From a virus: a stretch of 64,000 nucleotides of DNA. The position numbers and the translations under genes were made by a program. The notes beneath the pieces were generated by a model. It saw only the letters and a list, made by a program, of their open reading frames with translations, had not been told where the DNA came from and ran no database searches. Numbering within the stretch: the first letter of the stretch is position 1; each line of letters starts with the position of its first letter. Of this stretch, positions 1-10,436 are shown piece by piece. The DNA lies in IMG/VR virus record IMGVR_UViG_3300040960_001746; one strand, written 5' to 3'.

Positions 1-1
1 C

Positions 2-1498
2 GAAGAATGTTAATAATAAACATATTATCGTATATAGTGGGTTAAAATTAGTGTCTATTCTATTGGTTGGGAATTTATTTACACCTTCAGCATTTATAAT
101 ATCTTTTATACCTATAAAACCTCTCGCCTCATCATTTTTGATTTTTTGCATTCTACCTATATACTGTTTTACGGTATATACTTTTTTCCATCTAAATGGA
201 AAAAATTCTTCTAAATAATTATACTGATTAGTAACGTCATCTTCATAAGGTGTACCTATAGTTATATCACTAAGTTGTTCATTTTTAGTAAATATTTGTT
301 TTTCCTTAAGTTCTTTTTGAGTGTATTCACCAAAATTAAAATTGTTGTTTGTGTTAGGAACTAAATATTTTGCCCTTTCTCTAAGTCTTTTATCATTAGA
401 TGTGGCATCCATAGATATTCTAAATCTATAATCACCTTCAGTTGCGACTCCTTTAATACCATCAGGTGAAGGTACTAAATTACCAAATTCATCGGTAACT
501 ACTTTTCTTAGGTTCATTGGTACTAAAATTGACCAATTACCATTATCATCTATTGAGTCTTCTTTAAAATTAAATATTTCTACATTACCGTCAACAGTTC
601 TCCTTATCGCCTCTAACTTACCACCACCCGTAATAACCTCATTAAGTTTACCCATCTCTCTGGCGGGCTTACAATTTTTATTTAATGAATCTTTTTCGTC
701 ATCAGAAAAAATACTACCCATAAAAATAGATGTCGGTACGACTTCAAAATTAGGTTCAATATCATATCTATTAATACCTAACGCACTACCAACACTTAAA
801 CTATCACACCAATAGGGTTCGACTGTTATTGGAATATTTTCTGAAAATATCTGTGGAAGACTGTCTAAATTATTAGAACCTTTAAATTTAAATTTACTCT
901 TAAAAAGATTATCACTATATCCTTGATCAATTAATTCAAAAGGTCTAGTCGAAATGAATCCAATGTCACTAACATCCATATCATAATGTAAGAAGTGTTC
1001 ACCTACAGGTACACCAAATAAAATATAATCACCAGATTCGTTAGTTGTGGTAGTATACTTATAATATTTTTCGTAAATTTCTAAAGTAGTCCTGTCATCT
1101 AATATTTCTCTCTTCTTAGGGAATGTACCAACAGGAGTATGGTCTAATTTCTGTTGGTTTTTAGGTAAAACATTATATCTTAAACCATTAGAATTCTTTT
1201 GATCAGGAAATGGTTCTGTATATGGATATATAGATGACCTTACAGGATCTTGTAAATCCGAATCTTCTACAGGTACAAATATAGATACTTTTACATTAGG
1301 TACACCAAAACCACCATTTACTATTACTCTACCCGCAACAACACCATAATCCGCACAGAAATTCTGATAATCGTCTTTTTGTGATATTTTTAAACTTAAT
1401 ATTTCTAAGTGATCATAGTTTTGATTAAGATCAACATTAACTTTTAAATATCCATTGTCTTCACCTGGCGTTGTCCTAATTCTATATGACTTAGACAT
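2..1498 (-). CDS. Large virion/baseplate-associated protein, 3' end truncated by window edge (missing from the ORF track)
   Basis: ATG at 1498 opens MSKSYRIRTTPGEDNGYLKVNVDL..., read without a stop to the window start. Contains a carboxypeptidase-regulatory/Ig-like segment (TTTTNESGDYILFGVPVGEHFL) and a hydrophobic stretch at the edge (PLYTIICLLLTFF). Lies downstream of gp25/gp6. Confidence 0.75.
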   Translation of the reverse strand, partial: MSKSYRIRTTPGEDNGYLKVNVDLNQNYDHLEILSLKISQKDDYQNFCADYGVVAGRVIVNGGFGVPNVKVSIFVPVEDSDLQDPVRSSIYPYTEPFPDQKNSNGLRYNVLPKNQQKLDHTPVGTFPKKREILDDRTTLEIYEKYYKYTTTTNESGDYILFGVPVGEHFLHYDMDVSDIGFISTRPFELIDQGYSDNLFKSKFKFKGSNNLDSLPQIFSENIPITVEPYWCDSLSVGSALGINRYDIEPNFEVVPTSIFMGSIFSDDEKDSLNKNCKPAREMGKLNEVITGGGKLEAIRRTVDGNVEIFNFKEDSIDDNGNWSILVPMNLRKVVTDEFGNLVPSPDGIKGVATEGDYRFRISMDATSNDKRLRERAKYLVPNTNNNFNFGEYTQKELKEKQIFTKNEQLSDITIGTPYEDDVTNQYNYLEEFFPFRWKKVYTVKQYIGRMQKIKNDEARGFIGIKDIINAEGVNKFPTNRIDTNFNPLYTIICLLLTFF

Positions 1499-1518
1499 AA
1501 TTTAATTATCATTTTTTT

Positions 1519-1893
1519 TTACTTATTATCGTATACTTCAATATCTTCAATATCCTTAGTTACATATTCTTTAGTTTTACTGAATTGTTTTTCTCTTTTT
1601 TTCAATTGTCTTTTTACTTTAAATTCCGCATATTTACTAAATATACCCATTAAAAAACCTTTAAACTTATTACTAACTTTATCTAGTTTTTTTGGTAAAA
1701 AGAATGCAAAAAACATTTGTCCTACTAACACTAGTATAACTAAAGGTATTGCAATTACTATAACAAAAAACGCAATTAATCTAAATAAAAAACTACTTCC
1801 TGTTAAATCTGAAGGTAATAATTTTAATGTTTCTTCTGAAGGTATATCACTCACTACACCCGAATTTGATTGTTTGCACGTACTACATCCCAT
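1519..1893 (-). CDS. Small membrane protein with N-terminal CxxC
   Basis: MGCSTCK start; one long hydrophobic segment LIAFFVIVIAIPLVILVLVGQMFFAFFL; basic C-terminus. Confidence 0.7.
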   Translation of the reverse strand: MGCSTCKQSNSGVVSDIPSEETLKLLPSDLTGSSFLFRLIAFFVIVIAIPLVILVLVGQMFFAFFLPKKLDKVSNKFKGFLMGIFSKYAEFKVKRQLKKREKQFSKTKEYVTKDIEDIEVYDNK

Positions 1894-1942
1894 AACTTTA
1901 ATTTTTATTATAAAACTAACTCATTTTTTAAAAAAGTAATTA

Positions 1943-3772
1943 TTATGAAGTAGAAATTGTTACTTTAATATCTTTATTAGGGTATTTTATTTCAAACATA
2001 CCATTAGGTTCACCAAATAATGTATATCTACCTAAAAGATCAATTTGTCTTGTTTCTTCATCAATATATGGTTGAGCGATTTCATTTAAAGAATATTTAC
2101 CATTTTCATTAACTTTGTTAAATACCCTTAAATCTGTTACGTTTAATACACCTCCCACATTATTAATGTTTTCAACTAACTGAGAAATATAGATATTGTC
2201 CCCCATATCCCACCTGTTGATATCGAAATAATTTTTAACACTATTAATAACACCACTAATCACATCTCCTTTAGGTACTGACTTATCCGCAAAAACATCT
2301 ATTTCAAAACCTAAATTAAAGACTTTACCATTTTTGATGGTTACATAGTCATTAATCATCCTAAAATCTGCTAAATATTCTGCAATATTTTGTTTTAACG
2401 TTGACGTAGATTGTGTTGTAAGTTTACCATTCGCATCTAACGCTAAAATAGAAACATTAATTTTATTTCTTTCTTCCCAAACGCCAGTCCTAAATGGTAC
2501 ACCAAATTTACCAGGCATTAGAGGTATTCTACTTTGATAATCTTTTATCGTAACACATCTTTCTTGTGCGGAAAAATTGTATTTTACTAAATTTCTTATT
2601 TCTTCTATTGATGGTTCTTCTTTACCCCCTAACGCTGGTATTGGATTATTAACACTAATACTATTCCTTATAACTCTATTTATATCTTCATCATCTCCAT
2701 TAACAACAGAACTAATAACACCTAACCCATTAATAGTATTTGGACCTATATTAGTATCTTCACCACCACCAACTCTATATCTCACATATAATGTATTGTT
2801 TGGTGATGGTATTTCACCTAAAGAAAGGTTGTTAACTATATTCCCAATTCTATCTATTTGTCCTCTACAACCAACAAATTCGTTTAATTCTGAAATATCT
2901 TCATCTCCCGCACCAAAAGTTATTTTACAGAAACCGTTATCAGTATATTCTTTAATGAATCTTTGTGGTGCGTTTTTCCATTTACCCACTACGATACCTT
3001 CATTGTCAGAAACAGTATTTTCATCAACTGTGTATACTTCACCTTGTGCTAATGCTGGTACTTCATACCAATTTAAGTCGAAGTCACTAAATTCTTCTTC
3101 CGTAGGTGTTGTAGTTAAATTTGTACCTTCTTTAGTTATAATATTTTCAATAGACAATACATTATCTTCAGGTAAAATAACCTCTAAAAATGGTTTAAAA
3201 TCAGGAGCCCCTAAAGTCTTTTTATATATTTTAGTAAATCCATTTAACATTATCTCTCTTTTAGTAAGTGAATAACTTTGGATTATACCATTACCATCAA
3301 TATTAGGTATGATAAGTCTATTAGGTATCCCACCTGTTGCAAATGGTGATGAGAAGTCACAATCCTCTAACAACTCAAATATTTTACCCGCCCCTGATGC
3401 TTGTGAACCTTTTAATATTTTAGGTGCGTAACTTTCATCAAAAGTATCACCCTTTACTGGTATATTAGTAACTGTCCAATCTACTAAAGTAATACTAGGT
3501 CTTTTACCCGGAATATTTAAACCAAAAGTTCTAGCTAATTCTAATAATGATGATCTCTCTTGCGCATAATTAATCTGAGTTTCATTAAACATTCTATCAG
3601 TATGGAAACTTAACATATCACCTACCGCAGCGTTTAATTCTAATAACATCATACCTACTGACGCATCGTTAAAATCTGAAAACGTTTCTGGATAATATTT
3701 TTTAATGAACTCTACAAGTTGTTGTCTAACATCTGAGAAATTCCTAGCATTATAATCTATCTTTTTCGCCAT
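1943..3772 (-). CDS. Baseplate wedge protein (T4 gp6 / baseplate J-like)
   Basis: IDYNARNF...DFNDASVGMMLLE...ETQINYAQERSSL N-terminus, YRVGGG..NI, GGKEE..IEEIR, AQERCVTIKDY motifs; follows gp25. Confidence 0.9.
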   Translation of the reverse strand: MAKKIDYNARNFSDVRQQLVEFIKKYYPETFSDFNDASVGMMLLELNAAVGDMLSFHTDRMFNETQINYAQERSSLLELARTFGLNIPGKRPSITLVDWTVTNIPVKGDTFDESYAPKILKGSQASGAGKIFELLEDCDFSSPFATGGIPNRLIIPNIDGNGIIQSYSLTKREIMLNGFTKIYKKTLGAPDFKPFLEVILPEDNVLSIENIITKEGTNLTTTPTEEEFSDFDLNWYEVPALAQGEVYTVDENTVSDNEGIVVGKWKNAPQRFIKEYTDNGFCKITFGAGDEDISELNEFVGCRGQIDRIGNIVNNLSLGEIPSPNNTLYVRYRVGGGEDTNIGPNTINGLGVISSVVNGDDEDINRVIRNSISVNNPIPALGGKEEPSIEEIRNLVKYNFSAQERCVTIKDYQSRIPLMPGKFGVPFRTGVWEERNKINVSILALDANGKLTTQSTSTLKQNIAEYLADFRMINDYVTIKNGKVFNLGFEIDVFADKSVPKGDVISGVINSVKNYFDINRWDMGDNIYISQLVENINNVGGVLNVTDLRVFNKVNENGKYSLNEIAQPYIDEETRQIDLLGRYTLFGEPNGMFEIKYPNKDIKVTISTS

Positions 3773-3775
3773 ACT

Positions 3776-4159
3776 TTAAAATGTTAATGTTACTGTATCA
3801 GAACTTTGGAATGTTCCATCTGTCACAGTATAAGTTAATTCTACAATTATTAATTCTTCAATGTCATCGTTCCTAAAATTAATACTATTAACTATTAAAT
3901 TAGGTATATATCTAGATATACTATCATTCAAACTTTTTTTAATATCATCGTGTGTTATACTATCATTAGGTTCAAATATGAACTTTCTCAAATCACTACC
4001 AAAATCAGGTAAGTATAATCTATCACCTTTATTAGTTAACAATAAATGTAATAAATCCGCCCTAATTGCATCTCGATCTGTTTGATTTAGTTCGAAATAA
4101 AAACCTTTTTTACTATCTTTAAAAGGGAAATCAATATTTTTATATCTAGTCTTTGCCAT
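3776..4159 (-). CDS. Baseplate protein gp25-like (GPW/gp25)
   Basis: IDFPF...LLLTNKGDRLYLPDFGSDL..FIFEP signature. Confidence 0.92.
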   Translation of the reverse strand: MAKTRYKNIDFPFKDSKKGFYFELNQTDRDAIRADLLHLLLTNKGDRLYLPDFGSDLRKFIFEPNDSITHDDIKKSLNDSISRYIPNLIVNSINFRNDDIEELIIVELTYTVTDGTFQSSDTVTLTF

Positions 4160-4212
4160 TTGTATATAAATATTGTACTATATATTTTTTTAAAAGAAAT
4201 GGTAAAATAAAA

Positions 4213-4236
4213 AAAGTCAGAACTTAGTCTGACTTT
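4213..4236 (-). terminator. Intrinsic terminator ending the replication/NrdJ operon
   Basis: AAAGTCAGA-acttag-TCTGACTTT perfect stem, followed on the minus strand by a T-run. Confidence 0.75.
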
Positions 4237-4262
4237 GTTAAATACTTTATAAGGTTTTAAAC

Positions 4263-4478
4263 TTACTTTGTTATATTAGTATTTCCTCTTTTGTGTTTTG
4301 GATCATACGGACAATGTAAACAACCATTACCACAACATCTACCTCTTCTTATATGATATGATTCAGTCATAACCATTCTACCATCTTTGTCGTAGTAATA
4401 ATCAGAAGGAAGGAGTTTGTTTCCAAACTCCCTCACATATAATTGTTGTACCCAATCGTTAGTAGCATTTACTGTCAT
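4263..4478 (-). CDS. DUF5522-like small Cys-rich protein
   Basis: YY..DGRMVMTESYH.RRG.CCGNGCLHCPY motif. Confidence 0.8.
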   Translation of the reverse strand: MTVNATNDWVQQLYVREFGNKLLPSDYYYDKDGRMVMTESYHIRRGRCCGNGCLHCPYDPKHKRGNTNITK

Positions 4479-4481
4479 AAC

Positions 4482-6341
4482 TTAAACTATTTCACAAGCC
4501 CCACCTGCACAAGCAACTTCTCCAGATAGGTTAGTATTATCTTGTAATTCGATAACCTTAGTTAAATCAACACTACTTAATGAATTCATCATTGTGTTAT
4601 ATGTTTCTTCATCACAATCCTCAAATGGTGCTTGTTGATAAGTTCCTCCATTATAAGGTAAAACTGATAAACCATTATAATGTTCTCTATTATTCCACAT
4701 CCATTCCCCTGCAAGTTCCCAATCTTCCTCTTTTAAAGAAATTGTTGCAGATACGTTATGCGTATTTTGTCCACCTCTATGTCCAAACTTAATCCATTCT
4801 TTAGAAACCTTTTTAACTCTCTCTAATAATTCAAAAGGTGACTCATATCTTAAAATAGAACCTTCTGGTGACTTCTGTGGAATAGATATAACTGCAGTGT
4901 CATGTGGACGGAAAATTTCATCCTCAACCAACTCTGGATGGTTAATAGATAAATAAGTGTAAATTGCTTCATTCTTACCAACTCTGATTCTTCTGATATA
5001 ATAATCATTATGCCACGCATGAATTCCAGAAGATGTCCCTAAAACTAAAGATGACGTACCTGATGGTTTAACTGTAGTTGTTCTAGCAGCTTTATTAATA
5101 CCTATCAACTTAGCAACTCTTTGATTTTCTTCTTTAACCGCTTTCGCGGCAGATTTCATATCATAACCTAATACTACACCTGATCCGATACCTGTCATAC
5201 CTACACCGATTAATGCGTCTTTTTGTGTAGTTCTTTTCCACACATCTCTAAGATAATGGAAGTCTGTGTAACCCGCTTGTAATGTTCCAATAAACGCTGC
5301 ACCTTTAACTCTTTTTTCAAAGTCTTCTTGTGACTCTATATCTGAAGCATTTACTTCACATAGGTTACAGAACTGATAAGGTCGTAAACCTATCTCACAA
5401 CATGGATTAGTACCCCAATCTTTATCATTAGAGAAATAAATTCCTGGTTCACCTGCACCACTTAGTTCAATTCTTTTCCATAAATCTAAGAAAAACTCTT
5501 TAGTTACTTTATGTCTTAGTAATACCGCTGAATTGTTAGCTCTACCTCTTTGTGGGTTAAGTTCCCACCACGCACCTGACTTACAAGAAATCATTTCATC
5601 ATCATCTGCACTAAATAAACTAATCAACGCCGCTCTACGGATACCACCCGCTAAAACTGCGTCTGCAATATGACATATAATATCATGTGTCTCAATAGGT
5701 GTAAGTTTATCTCCATCTGATTTTGCATCTAATACCTTTTTAATATTATGAATACAATCTTTTAGTGGTTGAGGTCCCGGTGCTTTACCACCTGAAGTAA
5801 CCAACAACGCACCTTTTTGTCTAATATCTGAAAAGTCAAATATAGGTGTAGATGATTTAACACCGAAATAAGACTCTACCAATACTTTAATTGCGTCTGC
5901 CCATCCTTCAATAGAATCACCTATTAGATATCTTCGACTTCTATTTGGGTTTGGTTTCTTAATGTCAGGTAAAGACTCAACGTGATGTCTCTGTACTGAA
6001 AACCCTACGCCTGTACCACCTAATAATAAAAACATTGTTTCTGAAAATGCGTCAACATGATCAATAGGTAAATATGCGCAATTATAAACCCTATTAGGTG
6101 AAATCTCTATCGGTTTACCACCAAACTGTAAACTTCTCATAGATGGTAAAATTTTCTTATCATATACCATCTTATACACCTCTTCAATTTCATCCTTAAT
6201 CTTAGGATATTTTCTTTGGTGCATTTCTTTATTTCTAGTTACTAACTCTTCCCATGTCTCCCTTCTATTTTCTTTTGGGAGATATTTGGCGTATTTCATA
6301 TACACCGTAATGTCTGATAAAATTTTGTTTGATAACTCCAT
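4482..6341 (-). CDS. nrdJ: Class II (adenosylcobalamin-dependent) ribonucleotide reductase, monomeric type
   Basis: RRETWEE, PSMRSLQFGG, YNCA, GTGVGFSV, TNPCCEI, KPSGTSS and C-terminal ACAGGACE cysteine pair; no NrdB gene adjacent. Confidence 0.93.
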   Translation of the reverse strand: MELSNKILSDITVYMKYAKYLPKENRRETWEELVTRNKEMHQRKYPKIKDEIEEVYKMVYDKKILPSMRSLQFGGKPIEISPNRVYNCAYLPIDHVDAFSETMFLLLGGTGVGFSVQRHHVESLPDIKKPNPNRSRRYLIGDSIEGWADAIKVLVESYFGVKSSTPIFDFSDIRQKGALLVTSGGKAPGPQPLKDCIHNIKKVLDAKSDGDKLTPIETHDIICHIADAVLAGGIRRAALISLFSADDDEMISCKSGAWWELNPQRGRANNSAVLLRHKVTKEFFLDLWKRIELSGAGEPGIYFSNDKDWGTNPCCEIGLRPYQFCNLCEVNASDIESQEDFEKRVKGAAFIGTLQAGYTDFHYLRDVWKRTTQKDALIGVGMTGIGSGVVLGYDMKSAAKAVKEENQRVAKLIGINKAARTTTVKPSGTSSLVLGTSSGIHAWHNDYYIRRIRVGKNEAIYTYLSINHPELVEDEIFRPHDTAVISIPQKSPEGSILRYESPFELLERVKKVSKEWIKFGHRGGQNTHNVSATISLKEEDWELAGEWMWNNREHYNGLSVLPYNGGTYQQAPFEDCDEETYNTMMNSLSSVDLTKVIELQDNTNLSGEVACAGGACEIV

Positions 6342-6425
6342 TTTTTTACTTTTTTCCTTTTTTTTAGGGGTGAGAATTCCCTAATGACTTATCATCTAAA
6401 CCATCAAAAAATCTTCCCTATTTAA

Positions 6426-7814
6426 TTAATTATTATTTACCGAACTCCTCTTCTTCTCTATCGTTTGTGCGATAAAATCAGACGTTTTCTTTTTCTGTCC
6501 TTTTTCGTGTTGTAAAAGTGTTACGTCAGTACTTTCGCTTGTGTCGATAGTCAATGTTCCATTGTCAAATACAATGTCGTCAAAAACAACTCCGTCCCTA
6601 CCAAATCGAGATTTTAAGATGGCTAATGTTGCTCTCCCCTCTTCTTTTTGATCTAATGTCTTAGCAACTGACAATATAAAGTGTCCGATTTGTCCTTTCT
6701 TAATAGAACCACCCATCATATTCGCCTCTACTAAGTCCGCACCAATTGCACTTCTGTTACCTTGTACCGCAGTCCACCCAGCAATATCTAACTCCGATAA
6801 CATAGTTTCAAATTGTCTCATCACATTTCCTTCACCACTATACTCATCTTTGAATTGTTTAGTGGGTTGAATACAATCAATGTAATCAACGAATACTATG
6901 TCTGGTTTAATACCACTAGAAATTAATTTACGTAGGTATTGTTTGATATGTGGGATAGTAGTACCATCACTTGACATCTTCTTAAGTATAAGATTACCTT
7001 CTAAATTTTGGAATCTAGGTAGTAGTTCTTTTACTTCTTCCTTTCTTTCTCCCAACTCACTTAGTTCTATCTCAGTAAAACATGTTAAGTGTTTTCTTTG
7101 GATAACCTTAACATTATCCTCAAAGAAAATTTGTACTACGTTTTTACCCTCTAAATACGCAGTGTTTGCCATTCTAGTAATTAATGTCGTTTTACCAACA
7201 CCAAATGCTGCTAGAATAACACCCAACTCACCTTTAGATAAACCTCCACCCATAAGGTTATCAATACCTACCAATCCTGTCGGTATAGGATCTCTAAAAT
7301 CATCAGCTAAAACTTCTTCAATAGCGTGAAAGATATCAACACCCTCGTCTTTTTCTGTTCCTACCGATATAGCCTGTTTAACTAATTCTTCACATTCATC
7401 ATATCTATCAAAATCTCCAACATCTAGAATTTTTTGGATTTTTTGAGTAGCCTTCTTAAGTTCTTGTTGTTTGCAGAACTTAATGGCAACATCTTGTGTG
7501 TGTAAACAGTCTCTATTTTCAGATTCTCTAACCTCTTTAATAAGTTCAGTAGCAGATTCTCTGGCAATTTCTCTTCTAACTTCACTCTTTACTATATTAA
7601 AGATAGTTTCATAAGACGGAATGGTTTCATATTTTTCATAGTAATCCTTTATAGATGCAACAACGAGTCTCATGTACTCGTTGTCGAAATAATTAGGATC
7701 GATAATAGAAATAATACTCTCAGAAAACTTATGATCCTCTACTAATTGTTTTACTAATTTTACTTGGAAACTATACCCTAAATAACCTAAATTTAAACTC
7801 TCATTTTTCGCCAT
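6426..7814 (-). CDS. DnaB-like replicative helicase (T4 gp41-like)
   Basis: IPTG..GID..MGGG, Walker A AAFGVGKT, Walker B VFVDYID, TAVQGNR, KSRFG. Confidence 0.92.
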   Translation of the reverse strand: MAKNESLNLGYLGYSFQVKLVKQLVEDHKFSESIISIIDPNYFDNEYMRLVVASIKDYYEKYETIPSYETIFNIVKSEVRREIARESATELIKEVRESENRDCLHTQDVAIKFCKQQELKKATQKIQKILDVGDFDRYDECEELVKQAISVGTEKDEGVDIFHAIEEVLADDFRDPIPTGLVGIDNLMGGGLSKGELGVILAAFGVGKTTLITRMANTAYLEGKNVVQIFFEDNVKVIQRKHLTCFTEIELSELGERKEEVKELLPRFQNLEGNLILKKMSSDGTTIPHIKQYLRKLISSGIKPDIVFVDYIDCIQPTKQFKDEYSGEGNVMRQFETMLSELDIAGWTAVQGNRSAIGADLVEANMMGGSIKKGQIGHFILSVAKTLDQKEEGRATLAILKSRFGRDGVVFDDIVFDNGTLTIDTSESTDVTLLQHEKGQKKKTSDFIAQTIEKKRSSVNNN

Positions 7815-7826
7815 TCTTTATCTGAT

Positions 7827-8303
7827 TTAGTTATTAATAAATATGTCGTCAAGTTGATAACCGCAATAATTTTTTGTATAATTTTTATCACTCAACCCCT
7901 GTTGCAAATAATCGATGATTTTAGGTATAATTTTTCTTATGTCGACATCATATCTAACATTAGGTGGGTAGTCATTACCACTAAAAATTCTTTCCGCAAC
8001 CACTCTACCTTTATACTTAATCTGTATAGAAAAGAAATCTTCATTTTCGTAAATGTCTACATTTTTTGTTTCTTCTTCAGTACTAGTAGAATAATAATTA
8101 CTATATCTTTCCATATAATCGTAGGTACGTTCTTTGAACAAATTTCTAATCATATCTGATACCCCACTAACTAGTTCCTTTATTTCATAAGATTTTAAAG
8201 ACTCTTTATTGAAATTGTTTACTGGGAAATTTCTTCCAACAATAGGGTTTCCATTAATCATAAACAGAAATTCATAAGGGTAACTTTTATACTTCTTTTT
8301 CAT
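7827..8303 (-). CDS. Hypothetical protein in replication operon
   Basis: 158-aa ORF tightly packed between exonuclease and helicase. Confidence 0.75.
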   Translation of the reverse strand: MKKKYKSYPYEFLFMINGNPIVGRNFPVNNFNKESLKSYEIKELVSGVSDMIRNLFKERTYDYMERYSNYYSTSTEEETKNVDIYENEDFFSIQIKYKGRVVAERIFSGNDYPPNVRYDVDIRKIIPKIIDYLQQGLSDKNYTKNYCGYQLDDIFINN

Positions 8304-8306
8304 ATT

Positions 8307-9350
8307 TTATACATTTACTTTTTTATAATAATTTTTCTCTTTTTTAATTATAGATAGGAATGGTTGTAAAAAATTTATATAACCTTCTCTACCACCTGGT
8401 ATTGCCCACATTAACCCATCCTCTATCATCATATTAATCACATTCTTAGTGTCTCTACCTTCAGGATCCATAGTAGTACTAAATAAGTGATCTAATTCTG
8501 TTTTAGACTCTTCAGTTAATAGTGGATTAGATAAGTCTATTAATTTTTCGTTCACCTCATAAATCATTTCTTTTTGTGATCCTTTGGTAACTTTATTTAA
8601 TATGTTATCTAATGTTTTCAATCTTGTTTTCCTTTCTTTTTGTATTTCTTCAATTTTACTAAAAATATATTCCAAAGTCAAAGTTTTTTCCATTATTTCA
8701 GGAAAAAATTTCACCAATGTTTTTTCACTTACACCAACAATACCTTTAATGTTATCACTAACATCTCCAGTTATCATTTTTATAAGTTTTAAATTTGATG
8801 GGTGGTGATCGAAATCTACTAAATAGTTTTCTTCTGTAACTATCTTTTTAAGATTTAAATCGTAAACTGAAACTTTTTCATTGATTAGTTGACAAAGATC
8901 TCTATCTCTTGTCATAATAACCACTCTTTCGTCCTCAGAGATATTATTTACATAATAACCTATAGAATCATCCGCCTCAACAATATCATCTCTGTATTGT
9001 CTTATAAATAACTCTTCAAGATAAGAATATAATCTTTCTTTCTGTAAATATAAATCTATTTCTGATGGTGGTTGTTCGTTATAGAAATCTTTGTCTCTAT
9101 TAGACTTATAGTCTTTGTATATATCGTATCTTAGTCTACCACTAAATTGTCCATCCCAAAATACATATACTCTGTCGAATTTGTTTTCATTCAACATTTT
9201 ACGAACCATAGTTAAGAATTGAAAAATACCACCTATATGGGTTTCTTTATAGTAAAGATTTTTAGCCCCATGATAGGCGGTTTTTAACAACGAGTCTCCG
9301 TCAACTAATAATGTTCTTTGGATTCTTTTTTTCTTACTTGGAATTCTCAC
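8307..9350 (-). CDS. 5'-3' exonuclease / flap endonuclease (T4 RNase H / Pol I N-domain family)
   Basis: LLVDGDSL, VFWDG, YKSNR, VEADD, TRDRDLCQL, GDVSDNIKGIVGV motifs. Confidence 0.92.
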   Translation of the reverse strand: MRIPSKKKRIQRTLLVDGDSLLKTAYHGAKNLYYKETHIGGIFQFLTMVRKMLNENKFDRVYVFWDGQFSGRLRYDIYKDYKSNRDKDFYNEQPPSEIDLYLQKERLYSYLEELFIRQYRDDIVEADDSIGYYVNNISEDERVVIMTRDRDLCQLINEKVSVYDLNLKKIVTEENYLVDFDHHPSNLKLIKMITGDVSDNIKGIVGVSEKTLVKFFPEIMEKTLTLEYIFSKIEEIQKERKTRLKTLDNILNKVTKGSQKEMIYEVNEKLIDLSNPLLTEESKTELDHLFSTTMDPEGRDTKNVINMMIEDGLMWAIPGGREGYINFLQPFLSIIKKEKNYYKKVNV

Positions 9351-9375
9351 TCATCATTGATTAAACGTTAAACAA

Positions 9376-10428
9376 TCAATTATCTGAATAATCAACGGGT
9401 GTTTCAATTGCGTCTCCTTCTACGATATCAAAAGACATAACATCATCACCTACTGAGTCGAAAACTTCTGCCCAATAATCTTTATAATCACTTTTATATT
9501 GATCAATCGCTTTCTTATCGTCTTCAACAAACCCATGAGTAGTTGCGAGAATTTTACAATCTGCATAACCCAAACCATTCATATGGTTTTTATGGATACC
9601 TACTTTAGTTCTTATCGCAAAATTAACTTTTCTACCCTTATTAGTCGCATTTAGTTTTGAGACCCCTGAACTTTTTTGGTTTCCGAATAAGAATACTAAA
9701 GCACAAGATAAGTAAATTGACTGACCCCCCTTTGGTTGTATTCTAGGTTGTCCAAATGGGTTATCAGGCAACTCTACCCAAGGTTGGTTTACAAATACCA
9801 TAGTATTGGTATAGTCTGATGTTACTTTACGAGAAGACGTTATTCTCTGTGCCATACCCATACCCCATTTTTCTGATATGATTCTAGCAGTATGTTGGTT
9901 TCCTCCTTTTCCATTATATGACATTTCACAAGGAATAGTCCCAATAGAATCCCAACAAAAAACAATATCGTGTGGTATTTCACCATTTTTTTGGGCGTTT
10001 AGAACTTCTGTTACATAGTCAAATGCTTGTTCAATATAATCAAACCCTAACTTATATAATAAAAATCCATCCCAATAACCGATAACCTCACCTGTTTCTT
10101 CATCAACCTCTTCAACGTAGTTAGTTTCTAAACCCATTTGTTTAGCGTGTTCAAAACTAAATTTTTGCTCTGTAATGATAAAAACAGGTAAGATACCTTT
10201 TCTTTGTGCATCAACCGCAGTTTTGATTAATGCGGTTGTTTTTCCAGTATCTGAGTGTCCTAAAAGCATATTAATCTGACCCATAGCAGGACCTGGTATT
10301 CCTGTCGCCTTCTGAAAGGCTTCCCCTAGATCAAAGTACTTTTGTTCTTTGTACTTATCACTAGAGGAGAACTTCTTTCTTATAGACGAAAAATCAGATG
10401 CTTTTTTCTTTAGTGGTTGTTTCGCCAT
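9376..10428 (-). CDS. uvsX: RecA/UvsX-like recombinase
   Basis: Walker A GHSDTGKTT, WDSIG, VFVNQ, PKGG; between SSB and exonuclease. Confidence 0.88.
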   Translation of the reverse strand: MAKQPLKKKASDFSSIRKKFSSSDKYKEQKYFDLGEAFQKATGIPGPAMGQINMLLGHSDTGKTTALIKTAVDAQRKGILPVFIITEQKFSFEHAKQMGLETNYVEEVDEETGEVIGYWDGFLLYKLGFDYIEQAFDYVTEVLNAQKNGEIPHDIVFCWDSIGTIPCEMSYNGKGGNQHTARIISEKWGMGMAQRITSSRKVTSDYTNTMVFVNQPWVELPDNPFGQPRIQPKGGQSIYLSCALVFLFGNQKSSGVSKLNATNKGRKVNFAIRTKVGIHKNHMNGLGYADCKILATTHGFVEDDKKAIDQYKSDYKDYWAEVFDSVGDDVMSFDIVEGDAIETPVDYSDN

Positions 10429-10436
10429 ATTATCAA

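Noticed and set aside
6342-6425. Cobalamin riboswitch or NrdR box before nrdJ
   Set aside because: Only AGGGAA fragments; region too short and lacks the B12-box and the NrdR palindrome
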